64,000 bases of DNA from assembly GCF_009914755.1 (NCBI RefSeq), contig NC_060943.1; one strand, 5' to 3'. Below the pieces are notes generated by a model. The model was not told where the DNA came from. It saw only the letters and a program-made list of their open reading frames with translations, and ran no database searches. A program made the position numbers and the translations under genes. Each line of letters begins with the position of its first letter. Position 1 is the first letter of the stretch. This stretch comes from the human T2T-CHM13v2.0 reference genome, Homo sapiens. Positions 13,782-31,189 of the stretch are shown piece by piece.

Positions 13782-13990
13782 ACCTTAGTCTGTAACAAAG
13801 TACCATAGACTGGTGGCTGAAACCACAAACATTTATTGCTCACAGTTCTGGAGGCTGGAAGTCTGAGAAGAGGGTACCAGCATGGTCAGGTTCTGATGAG
13901 GGCCCTTTTCCAGGTTGGAGACTGTCACCATCTTGCTGTGTCCTCTCACGGAGGACATGTGTGTGCTTGGAGGCTCTTTGGCAGAGCTCT
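13782..13990 (-). mobile_element. MLT1A-type LTR fragment; paralogue at ~30018-31150 is interrupted by Alus
   Basis: AACAAAGTACCATAGACT...CACAGTTCTGGAGGCTGGAAGTC. Confidence 0.7.
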
Positions 13991-14042
13991 AGGAGGTGTG
14001 TGTGCTTGGAGGCTCTAGGAGATAGTCTTTTTTTTTCTGTAA

Positions 14043-14267
<225 letters not shown>

Positions 14268-16426
14268 TAATTAGCCGGCCTCAGCCTCCCAAAGTGCTGG
14301 GATTACAGGTGTGAGCCACCGAGCCTGCCCTGTGGGAGGTATTTTATGTCCTTGCTTTTGCTGGCTTCTAGACACTGCCCACACGCCTTGGTCTGTGACC
14401 CCTTCTTCCATCATCAAAGCTGCAAAGACAGGCCAAGTCCCTTTTCCATCACGTCACTCTGACCCTACTTCTTTCTGTTCATCTCACCCTCTTCTCATTT
14501 TGAGGACCCTGGTGATTACATTAGGCCCGCTGAGGTAACTCAGGGTAATCTTCCCTATTTTAGTGTCAGCCCATTAGCAATTTTAGTCCGCCTGCAACCT
14601 TAATTCCCGTTTGCCATGTAAGGTAATATCATCATAGGTGCCAGCATTACCATATTGACATGTTTGAGAGAGGCAACGAGAGAACAATAATCATATTTCT
14701 TTTCTTTTTTTTTTTTTTTTTTGAGACAGAGTTTCGCTCTTGTTGCCCAGGCTGGAGTGCAATGGCGTGATCTCAGCTCACCGTAACCTCTGCCTCCTGG
14801 GTTCAAGCAATTCCTGCCTCAGTCTCCTGAGTAGCTTGGATTACAGGCATGCGCCACCACACCCAGCTAATTTTGTATTTTTAGTAGAGACGGGGTTTCT
14901 CCTTTGTTGGTCAGGCTGGTCTCGAGCTCCCGACCTCAGGTGCTCTGCCTGCCTCGGCCTCCCAAAGTGCTGGGATTACAGGCGTGAGCCACCGTGCCCG
15001 GCCTATATTTCTTTTTTTATGTGTTTTTGTTTTGTTTTGTTTTGTTTTTTCCTTATAGACAAGGTTGTGTTCTGTTGCCCATGCCGGAGTGCAGTGGGTT
15101 GATAATAGTTCACAGCAGCCTCAATCTCCTGGGCTAAAGTGGTCTTCCCACCTCGGCCTCTCAAGTACCTGGGATTACAGGCACCAGCCACTGTACCCTG
15201 CTCCTATCTTGTTATATTTCTTATAATAGGATTAATGCAGGCCTGCTGGGGGCAAAGAAAGAAACAGTCCCTAAGGAGCCCTTAAAGAAGAATCTCCAAA
15301 TTACCCATGATTGTACCATCCAGAGATAATCACTGATGAACATTTTAAATGGCCAGCACTTTGGGAGGCCAAAGCGGGTTGATCACTTGAGGCCAGGAGT
15401 CTGAGACCAGCCTGGGCAACAGTGAGACTCCATCTCTACTAAAATAAAAAATTGAAAAAGATTAGCCAGGCATGGTGATGCATACCTATAGTTTCAGCTA
15501 CTCAGAAGGCTGCTGTGGGAGGATCACTTGGGCTTAGGGGTTCCAGGCTGCAGTGAGCCATTGCACTCTAGCCTGGGCAACAAAGGGAGACAGTGTCTCA
15601 AAAAAAAAAACAAGAAAAAAGCATCTGAAATGGTATTTATGTTTCTAGGCCTCTTCTTTGCCTCTAAGCATGTGTGTGTTTTGTTTTTGGAGTATTGAAT
15701 CTTGCTAATTCATCATAAATGAGTCAGAGACTCCAAATCTTAATTTATAAAAGGAATCCAACCCAGCCATGAGTCGCATTACACCTGTGTGTGTGTTGGG
15801 AGGGGAAGGGCTATGCCAGTGATCTTTGCCTTGTTTTGAAATATCTCACATATTTCTACCTTGTAGGATTAGAAATCCATCATCTGAATCTAACCTATGG
15901 TAACAAATTTTCAAGAAAGACAGCCTTTTAGAATTAGATTATAGAATGTTAATGTTCCTTTCCCAGGACATCACAATAATCACCCATGAACACTAATCAC
16001 TGGGTGCCTTGCAGATATGGACTTTCCATGTGACATTAGCAAGATTATTTGTACAAGTAACAAATATGGGCTGTATAAGTAACATTTCCAAGATAGAAAA
16101 AGAATTAGATGACAGTATCTCATATGTATCTCCCTTATCCCGTGGAACACAAAATTCAGCCTCTTGCTAATGTTCTCAACTTGGCATCTTCTCAGATTAG
16201 AGTCATTAAATTAGATTTTCTTATGCAGAACAATGTCTCTGTCCCCCTAGTTGCTGATGGAAAGGGAACATTTCCTCGTTATATTTCTTAGAATCTCTTT
16301 TGCTAATGTATTCATTTTGTTAAACAAAATGAATTTCATTCTTAACATCAGACTCTGAATGTTATTTTTGGTTAATATTGATTACGCAGACAGCGGGTTC
16401 AAGGAAGGCACTTTTGTTTTTCTTGA

Positions 16427-16531
<105 letters not shown>

Positions 16532-16646
16532 TAAGTAGCTGAGATTACAGGCAAGTGCCACCACGCCCAGCTAATTTTGTATTTTTAGTAGAGACAGGGT
16601 TTTTCCATGTTGGTCAGGCTGGTCTTGAACTCCCGACCTCAGGTGA

Positions 16647-16787
<141 letters not shown>

Positions 16788-17563
16788 TGAGGCAGGAGGA
16801 TCGCTTGAGCCCACAAGTTCAAGACCAACCTGGGCAACATGGTGAGACCCTGTCTCTATTATGAATTTTTTTATTTTTTTGAGACGGAGTCTCGCCCTGT
16901 CTCCCAGGCTGGAGTGTAATGGTGCAATCTTGGTTCACTGAACCTCCACCTTCCAGTTCAAGCAATCCTCCTGCCTCAACCTCCTGAGTAGCTGGGATTA
17001 CAAGCGCACACCACCATGCCCAGCTAGTTTTTTGTATCTTTAGTAGAGACGGGGTTTCACCACGTTGGCCAGGCTGGTCTCAAACTCCTGACCTCGTGAT
17101 CCGATCCGCCTGCCTTGGCCTCCCAAAGTGCTGGGATTACAGGCATGAGCCACCACGCCCAGCCTTATTATGAATTTTTTAAAAATAAAAACTATAAAAA
17201 GAAAAACTTTTTTTAAAGAAAAAAAGCAAGGAGATTGGCCGACATGAGTTGGTCTTCAATAATAACAGGTAACTTCTATTACACAAATGTCACATATTAT
17301 TGAGTGTTTTACATAGATTATCATACTTGCCAGTTGTAACAATCATACCATGTAGTCCTTTTATTACATTTTATCAGTGACGAAACAGACACTATGAGGC
17401 TAACTGCCAGGGTTCAGATTCACATCTCTAAAGTCAGACCACACAACCTGTATTCTTAATTTCATCAAAACATCTCTGCCCAAATTATATACACCTTTTT
17501 AATCTACCTTCTTCACTTGGTAATTCATCATAAAAATTTTCTCAAGCCAGACGCGGTGGCTCA

Positions 17564-17877
<314 letters not shown>

Positions 17878-17955
17878 TCATGCCTGTAATCCCAGCACTT
17901 TGGGAGGCCAAGGTGGGCGGATCACGAGGTCAGGAGATCGAGACCATCCTGGCTA

Positions 17956-18204
<249 letters not shown>

Positions 18205-18208
18205 TTAA

Positions 18209-18487
<279 letters not shown>

Positions 18488-19769
18488 TAGCCAGCTAATT
18501 TTTGTATTTTTAGTAGAGACGGGGTTTCACCATGTTGGCCAGGCTGGTGTCGAATTTGTGATCTGCCTGCCTTGGCCTCCAAAAGTGCTGGGATTACAGG
18601 CGTGAGCCACCATGCCCGGCCTGTACTGTAGTTTTATAAGGTATCACTACTGGTGTAAGTCAGGTTAAGGGTGCACTGGATCTCTCTGTATTATTATTTA
18701 CAACTACATGTGAATCTACAGTTATCTCAGTTTTTTAGAAAAATAACTTACCTAGAAAAAAATTTTTCTTGATCGCTCTTTCACATACATTTATGTACTT
18801 CTGTTTTCTTGTCTTTCTAACTGTTTCCTCCTCCTGGACCCATAAATTCCACATGTGGAATTTTGAGTCAAAATTAGATGTTTGTTAAGGGCCCGCACTA
18901 TGCCACACCCTGTGACGTTAGTACTTGGAATGAGAGCGTGACTAACGGGGCATAACTGCTGCCTGCACATTGTTTACAATCCAGCAAGCAAGGGGCACCG
19001 AACAGCAGCTCGGGCAGCCTGTGCTGTGGCCTGCAGAGAATTCCAGGTGACGCCCCAGAGGGCCTAGGAGAGGATACCCTTCTGAGAACAGCCGTGGCTC
19101 GCCCGGCATCACCCCACTCAAGAGGCCAGACGGGGTCCCAGCTGGGGTGACACAGCGCCAGTCACATCCACTCATGGACACTCAGTAGGCCACACTCCCG
19201 ATCACCCAGCCACAGTCCTAGATCAGTCACTGACTCACAGTCTGCCACTTGTATTTCCATTGTCTCTGGGCTTCCTCTGCCTTCACCTTCCAACAGTGTG
19301 GTACCTGCCTGAGAGCAGCGGCCCCCAGTGGGACATGAGAGCCAGGACCCTGTCATTAACTGAACCAACACAAAGGGCACAGCCATTGTCATAGATAAGT
19401 GTTCAAGCCGGACGTGTTCTCCGTACCGGCTCCTGTGTCACAGTAACGGGAAGCCTCAGGAGTGGGAGTCCTTGTGGAGGGAGAGGTGACTAACTTGGTA
19501 GGTGAGTGTCGGGAGCATCACGTGTTCTAGAATCCAGTAAATACACGTTAGTCCCCAAGAACTCTGAAACTCACAAATGCCAGTGTCCTCTCCATTCGGA
19601 TTGGTTTCGGCTGTGGCCTGGGGACAGGCGTGCCCTGGAGGGTATTTGCTAATGCAGCCTGTGCTCCAGAAAGACCCTAGGTTCTCATTCTTCCTTTCCC
19701 CTAGGCTGGCATCCTTCAGAAAAAGCATCCTGAGGGGGAAAAAAAAAAAAAAAAAAAAAAAATTATTAT

Positions 19770-19840
19770 TTAGGTTGGTGCAAAAGTAATTGCGGTTTTT
19801 GCCATTATGTCTAATGTCAATTGCTTTTGCACTGACCTAA
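19770..19840. mobile_element. MADE1 (Hsmar1-derived MITE)
   Basis: TTAGGTTGGTGCAAAAGTAATTGCGGTTTTTGCCATTA...CAATTGCTTTTGCACTGACCTAA|TA, a palindromic element. Confidence 0.9.
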
Positions 19841-20569
19841 TATTATATATCTGAAAGTCGGCTCTCCACATGAGTTACCTTTTTTGTTCATTAAATGATT
19901 TGTGTTTATATGACTTAGGACTCTTTACTCTTTATGGCCCCAAATATCCTCCCTAATAGCAATTTATCCCAGTAATTCCTCCCCAGGGGATGTGGCAAGG
20001 GCCAGGCAGGTATATTCCTCTCTGTACCCCCTGGTTGACCAGCCCTCTCCTTTGAGTATCCACAAACCCATTTGTCAAATTGTTGACATCCTGCTGTGTG
20101 CTCTGGTTTTCTAAGATCTGATGGTATAGAAAAATCCCCCCTAAAAAAAAAAAAAACAACTCCCTCCTAGAGGTTCATGTTAGCGCGCTTTATTTTACAG
20201 TGTGCTTGGGTAAGGAGGGGATTCGTTTTTAGGTGGAGTCAAACACAGATATCTTTGGTCTTTTCCATGGGACTGATTTTTAGAGCACAAGAAAAGAGAA
20301 AGTTAGTTTGTTTAGTCTGTACCTGGCAAAGTTGTCAGTTTTGTGAGGCCTTTAAGAGCGGAGTTTGAGCTAATTTCTGTGTCATCAAAGGCAGAGATGT
20401 TTTTCAATATGCAGTAAATCGAAATTTGTTCTATTCACTTGGACTTCTTTGGGCGGACAGCTTCTGTTTTTCTTCAGTTCCCCGTTTGTGTGAACTGTGA
20501 GAAACCATATGGTTTAATGTTGAGTATGAGTTCTGGATCTAGGGCAGAGGTTGGCAGCTGTCTTCAATG

Positions 20570-24130
<3,561 letters not shown>

Positions 24131-24162
24131 TTTTTTTTTTTTTTTTTTTTTTTTTGAGTTAG

Positions 24163-24468
<306 letters not shown>

Positions 24469-24595
24469 TGAGACAGAGTCTTGCTCTGTCACCCAGTCTG
24501 GAGTGCAAGGTGCAATCTCGGCCCAACCTCCGCCTCCCGGGTTCAAGCTCTTCTCCTACCTCAGCCTCCTGAGTAGTGTGCACCACTATGCCTAG

Positions 24596-24712
<117 letters not shown>

Positions 24713-25189
24713 TGAGCCACTGCGCCTGGCCAATCATTTTTTAAAATTAGGACTCCCTTAACTTTCACTCCTTATAACGGGATTAATGCAGGCCAACTGC
24801 AAAAAAATTCAGTCCTCTAAGGAGTTCATAAAGAAGAATCTCAAAATTAATTACCCATAATTCCATCTAGAGATAATTACTGTTAATCATATTTGGTATA
24901 TATGTTTATAGTCCTCCACTTTCCCTCTAAACATGTATGTGCTTTTGTTTCTGGAACATTAAATCCTTCTAATTGATAAAGTAAATGAATCAAAGACTTT
25001 CCAAATGGTAGTTTGTGAAAGGCATCCAGCCCAGCCACGGGTCACGTTATACCTGTGAGCATGTGGGGATGGGAGGGGTGTGCCAGTGATCTTTGTCTTG
25101 TTTTGGAAAACCTCTCATATATTTACACCTTACAGGAGTAGAGACACATCATCTGAAACTAATCCCATGGCAACAAATTATCAAAAAAT

Positions 25190-25533
25190 ATAGTGCACCC
25201 TTGGAATGAGTTCTGCATCTGTGGATTCAGCCACAGATCAAAAATATCCTTGGGAAAAAAAATAGGAGGTTTGCATCCTATTTTACAGATGCTAACATCT
25301 GTATTGAACATGTACAGACTTTTCTTCTCATTATTCTAAACCATACAGTATGAAAATTATTAGCATAGCATATAAGATAATTTATAAAGAATCTAGAATC
25401 TAAAATGTACAGGAGGATGTGGATAGGTTATATGCAGATACTATACCACTTTGTATAAGAGTCTGAAGCATTCGAGGATTTTGATATTCAGGGGGGTTCT
25501 GGAACAAATCTGGATACTGAGGGATGGCTCTAC
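25190..25533. mobile_element. Tigger3/MER2-like DNA transposon, present only in U4
   Basis: CATCTGTGGATTCA...AGGTTATATGCAGATACTATACCA...GGATACTGAGGGATGGCT; interrupts the shared cassette sequence. Confidence 0.65.
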
Positions 25534-27586
25534 AGCCTTTCAGAATTAAATTTTCTATGATTTTAATGGTTCTTTCAAAGACCATGACAGTAATCACTGA
25601 CGCCTGTTGCCTTACAAATCTGCTTGTACAAGTAACATTTCCATGATTATATGTACAAGTAAAAAATACCCACTATACAAATAACAAATCCAAGATCAGT
25701 GAAATTGAGTACGATGACAATTAAAATGGTTTGCATAAATGTCCTATAACACATGGAACACATGATTCATCCTCTTGCTAATGTTCCCAGTTTGGCATCT
25801 TCTAAGATCATATTATTTGAGCACAATTTTTGATGCAGAATCATCTCTCTGTTCCCCTACTCGCTTGTGAGAGGGAACATTTCCTCCTTATGTGTCTTAG
25901 AATATTTTTACCTAACATGCTTAAACAAAACAAATTTCATTCTTAACATCAGGCTCTGAAAGTTCCTTTTAGTTAGCATTTGCTATATTGACAGCTGGTT
26001 TGACAAGTACATATTTTAGCATAAGAAAAAAACAGCAGGCCGGGTGCAGTGGCCCTTGCTTGTAATCCCAGCACTTTGGGAGGCCAAGGAGGCAGATTGC
26101 TTGAGCTCAGGAGTTCAAGGCCAGCCTGGGCAGCATAGCAAGACCCCGTCTCTACCAAAAAAAAAAGAAAAAAAATTACAAAAACTAGCCAGATGTGGTG
26201 GCGTGCACCTGTAGTCCCAGCTCTTGGGAGGCTAAGGTGGGAGGATGACTTGAGCCTAGGAGGCAGAGGTTGCAGTGTGGTTGAGATTGCACTACTGCTC
26301 TCCAGCCTGGGTGACAAAGCGAGACCCTGTTTCAAAAAAATTAAAAACAGCAGATGAGTTTCTTTTTTAAAACTGGATTCAGGATCAGTGTAATGTTACT
26401 GATCTTCAATAGTAACCACAAACTTAAAAAATCTTTACATATTGCCGTATGTATTAGATATTCTGATATTTAATAGCTGAGACAGTCATACCTTATAGTA
26501 TTATTATCCCAATTTTACTAGTGAGGAAACAAGCAGTTAATAACTGTTAGAGCTCAGATTCACATTCTGAAAGTTATAGAAATTAAGAACATAGAGCCTA
26601 TGTTCTTAATTTCACCAAAATATCTCCTCCCAAATTATACATACCCTTTCAAACCTACCTTCCTCTCTTAGTAATTAATGATACCGTCTTTCAATTTACA
26701 TGAATCAGTATCACTATTAGTAAATGTATTTTATGCCATTATATAACAGACTAATTTATTTATTCTGTACTCTACTGTGATATTTTCCTCTATCTTCTGC
26801 AAGATTTTCATTTTTAAAAATTACTGTCTTGGCTGGGTGCAGTGGCTCATGCCTGTAATCCTGGCCTAGGCAACAAGAGTGAAACTCCATCTCAAAAAAA
26901 AAAAAAAAAAATTAGTGTCTTGAAATTTGCATAACATCAATGGATGATGTCATTGTGAATGTCCTGGCGGTGATATTATACTGTATACTATAATCACCAA
27001 TTGGTGTAACCAGGTGAAAGATACATAGGCTTTCTCAGTATTATGTGTACAACTACCTAAGAATCTACGGTTGTATCAATTTAAAAGAAAAACTTTCCCA
27101 CACAAGATAATCTCCAAACATCTTGGGCATACATGTGTGTACTACTCTAGCTATTTCCTTGGGATAAATTCTAAAAAGTGGGATTTTGAGTCAAAATGAG
27201 ACTGTGGTTAAGTAGTACCTGCAACATCCTGTAGACCCTGTGACATTAGTACTTGGAATGAGAGCGGGACTAACTGGGCATAACTGCTGCCTGTACATTG
27301 TTTACAATCCAGCAAGCAAGGGACACCGAATAGCACCTCGGGCAGCCTGTGCTGGCGGCCTGCAGAGAATTCCAGGTGATGCTCCAGAGGGGCTAGGAGA
27401 GGATACCCTTCTGATGACAGCCATGGCTCACCCGGCATCACCCCACTCAGAGGCCAGACGGGCTCCCAGCTGGGGTGACACAGCCCCTCTCCCAGCCGGG
27501 AAGGGGCGTCTGCAGGGAGCAAGATGGACTCAGTGTGGGGCTGCCTGCCTGGAACGCGCCCTGAGGCCCCTGCCTGGGACCGGCCC

Positions 27587-27605
27587 AGACTACGTTTCCC
27601 AGAGG
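27587..27605 (+). promoter_or_regulatory. ZNF143/THAP11-type motif, paralogous copy
   Basis: AGACTACGTTTCCCAGAGG followed by inverted TGCATGCTGGGA. Confidence 0.7.
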
Positions 27606-28094
27606 CCCCCCAGGAACTTAAGGCGCTGCATGCTGGGACACGGGGCTTGGGGCTCTGGTTTCCCCAGACATCGCCCTCCTCAAGCCTCTCACCCCTTCCC
27701 GAAGCCCCTGTGTGTTTGGGCCTGAGTAGGGCATTCGCTTCCTAGGAGGAACCCAGGGGTGCGCGCCAAGCATGGGGGTAGGGGGACCGCCGAGTGCGCC
27801 TGTGGCTTCGGGAGAGGCCAAAGAAGGAAGGAGTGGGAAGGGCGCGCACGCGTGTCAGTGTATGCATGTGTCAGCGTCTGTGCACGCGCACATGTGTGTC
27901 GGGGTCTGGTCGCACATGCGGATCAAGGTCTGGCCACACGCATGCGTTGGGGGTCTGTGTGCGCGTACACGTGCATGTCGCGGTCTGGGTGTATATGCGT
28001 GTCAGGATCTGTGTGCACGCACATGCGTGTCGGGCTCTGCTGCTGCCTGCGCGCTCCGGCCGCTGGGTGCGGGAGGCCCCTCCCGAGTCCGGGG

Positions 28095-28106
28095 TGCGCA
28101 TGCGCG
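28095..28106. promoter_or_regulatory. NRF1 site, paralogous copy
   Basis: TGCGCATGCGCG. Confidence 0.7.
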
Positions 28107-28676
28107 CTGGCCTCCATGGGTGGCGGGACCGACTGTGTGACGCACTTGCGTGGGAGTGCGAGGCTGACGCGGCGGCTCTATCTCCCGTAACTGTGACACG
28201 GGTGCACGCAAGCGTCATTGGGGGTGATGGGGGCCGTGCTCGGTGCGCTTCTGCACCGGTGACGCAACCGCTGTGTCTCCGCCAGTCCGCGCAGGTGAGA
28301 TTGGCGCCCATGGCTCCAAGGGGAGACGGGCACGGAGCTTCTAGCGGTGACGCACTTGCTGGAGAGGGTGTGGGGTGACGCAGCCGGGCTCTCCCCATAA
28401 CTAGGGCTGGGGTGCTCCCGAGGCTTTGGGGCGACGGAACCCGCACCTGTGAACCTCGGCAGTGCGTCCCCGGGACTCTGTTCTGTGAGGTGCGCTCTGG
28501 GGGATATGTGGGGGCGGCGATCAGGACGGGTCTCCGTGGCCCACGGATGTGCCTTTGCACTGTGTGGAGTGGCGGGGCCGGCAGCGTGGCCGTGCTGGGC
28601 GTTAGTGGGTATGAGGGGCGCAGATGTGTCTCAGGCCAGTGTGTGCTGTGGTGAGGCTGAGCCGTCAGTGCAGGCT

Positions 28677-29056
28677 TGTGCTGGGATGGTTGGTCGGGCC
28701 TTCTGGGTGACGCAGGTGTGTGTGACAGCACAACCTGTAGCTCCAGCGTCTCTGTGCTGAGATGGGTGATCGGGCCTTCTGGGTGACGCAGGTGTGTGTG
28801 ACAACACAACCTGTAGCTCCAGCTTCTGTGTGCTGGGATGGGTGATCGGGCCTTCTGGGTGACGCAGGTGTGTGTGACAGCACAACCTGTAGTTCCAGCG
28901 TCTCTGTGCTGAGATGGGTGATCGGGCCTTCTGGGTGACGCAGGTGTGTGTGACAACACAACCTGTAGCTCCAGCTTCTCTGTGCTGGGATGGATGATCG
29001 GGCCTTCTGGGTGACGCAGGTGTGTGTGACAGCACAACCTGTAGCTCCAGCGTCTC
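28677..29056. repeat. 76-bp tandem repeat, 5 copies, in the U4 island
   Basis: TTCTGGGTGACGCAGG recurs at 28701, 28777, 28853, 28929, 29005. Confidence 0.95.
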
Positions 29057-29445
29057 TGCTGCTTCCCCTGCCTTCACCTCCTAACCAAGCGGTACCTGCC
29101 TGAGAACAAGGGCCGCGGAAGGACGGGAGTGCCTGAGCCCTGCCAGGAAATTCACCAACAAGAAGGCAGAAACAGCCATGAGGTGACGCTTTCAGAGCTA
29201 GAAGTGCTCTCCACTCAGGGCGCCTGAGTGACAGGAGACGGTGGCCTCAGGAGTAGAATTCCTCCTGTAGAGGGACAGGTCCCTGATGTGGGAGACAGGG
29301 AGAGGGGCAGCTCCACGCTTCATCATCTCAGTTACCACAGCGTGCTCTTCAGGAATCTCCCAGAAACTCCATCTCGGGGCCTCGTATTTCTCATTGGTTT
29401 TATTAGGTATGGCAGGTGTTACCCTTCTGGTTCTGTTTTCCCCAG

Positions 29446-29509
29446 GCCAGCATCCTTCAGAAAAAGCATCCCCGAGGAGGAAGACGAATCGTTAAACATC
29501 TTAGGTCAG
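29446..29509 (+). other. ZNF331: Non-coding 5'UTR exon (64 nt), U4 copy
   Basis: TTCTGTTTTCCCCAG|GCCAGC...TTAGGTCAG|GTGAGT; identical to the U2 exon except near the 3' end. Confidence 0.8.
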
Positions 29510-29626
29510 GTGAGTATCTTTTTTTTTTTTTTAATTAAATCATATGTGTTTATGAGACTTAGTCGGCGGGCGCAGTGGCTCACGCCTGTAATCCCAGCAC
29601 TTTGGGAGGCCGAGGTGGGCAAATCA

Positions 29627-29806
<180 letters not shown>

Positions 29807-30093
29807 TCACTCCAGCCTGGGCAACACAGCGAGACTCCATCTCAAAAAAAAAAAAAAAAAAAGGAAATCCCATTGAATTAGACGTTTTGTAAATATCCTA
29901 TCCAAGATGACGACTGATTATTCAGTGAAGGAAGAGAGGAGCCTGGTCACATTTATTAAGCACATATTCTCTGTACTAAACTGTCTCTTGTCTATTTTGC
30001 ACACACCTCTTAATTCTTGTCTTAGTTGATTCAGTCTGTGATAACAAAGTACCATAGACTGTGTGACTAAAAGGGCAAACTTTTTTTTTTTAA

Positions 30094-30594
<501 letters not shown>

Positions 30595-31189
30595 TAGATA
30601 CAATGTTTCACCATGTTGCCCAGGCTGGTCGTGAACTCCTGAGCTCAAGCAATCTGCTGCCTGCCTCGGCCTCCCAAAGTGCTGGGATTACAGGCGTGAG
30701 GCGCCACACCCAGCCAATTTTTTAATATTTTATAGAGACAGGGTCTTGCCATGTTGCCCAGGCTGGTATCAAACTCCTGAGCTCAAGCAATCCTCCCATT
30801 TCCACCTCCCAAAGTGCTGGGGTTACAGGCATCACCCACCGTGTCCGGCCACAGCAAGCATTTATTTCTTACAGTTCTGGGGGCTGGAAGCCTGAGACCA
30901 GGGTGCCAGTGCAAGCAGCTTCCGGTGAGGCCTTCTTCAAGGTTGCAGGCGACCACCCTCGTGCCATGGCCACACATGGTGAAAGGGAGCTGAGAGCTCT
31001 CTGGGATCGTTTTTATAAGACACTAATCCTATTCCTGAGCACTCCTCCCTCATGTCCTAATCACCTTCCAAAGGCCTCACGTCTTAATACCATCACATTG
31101 GGGAACAGAATTTCAATATAGGAATCTGGGGAGGAATAAAATACTTAGTTTTGTCAGGTATCTTCAGAGGCTATTTAGGTACAGTATTG

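Larger units (their letters stand above)
27330..29130 (+). promoter_or_regulatory. ZNF331: CpG-island alternative promoter in cassette U4 (probable ZNF331 alt-TSS DMR2)
   Basis: Paralogue of the U2 island about 16.4 kb downstream, with the same motifs and donor GCAG|GTGAGA at 28294/28295. Confidence 0.85.

Noticed and set aside
28677-29056. CRISPR-like regular repeats
   Set aside because: Head-to-tail minisatellite with no unique spacers, in a human locus with no cas genes.
27871-29077. 388-aa and other ORFs over the second CpG island (and 201/285-aa ORFs over the first)
   Set aside because: GC-rich tandem-repeat sequence; the 76-bp unit is not a multiple of 3; no domain similarity; ORF extents differ between paralogues.
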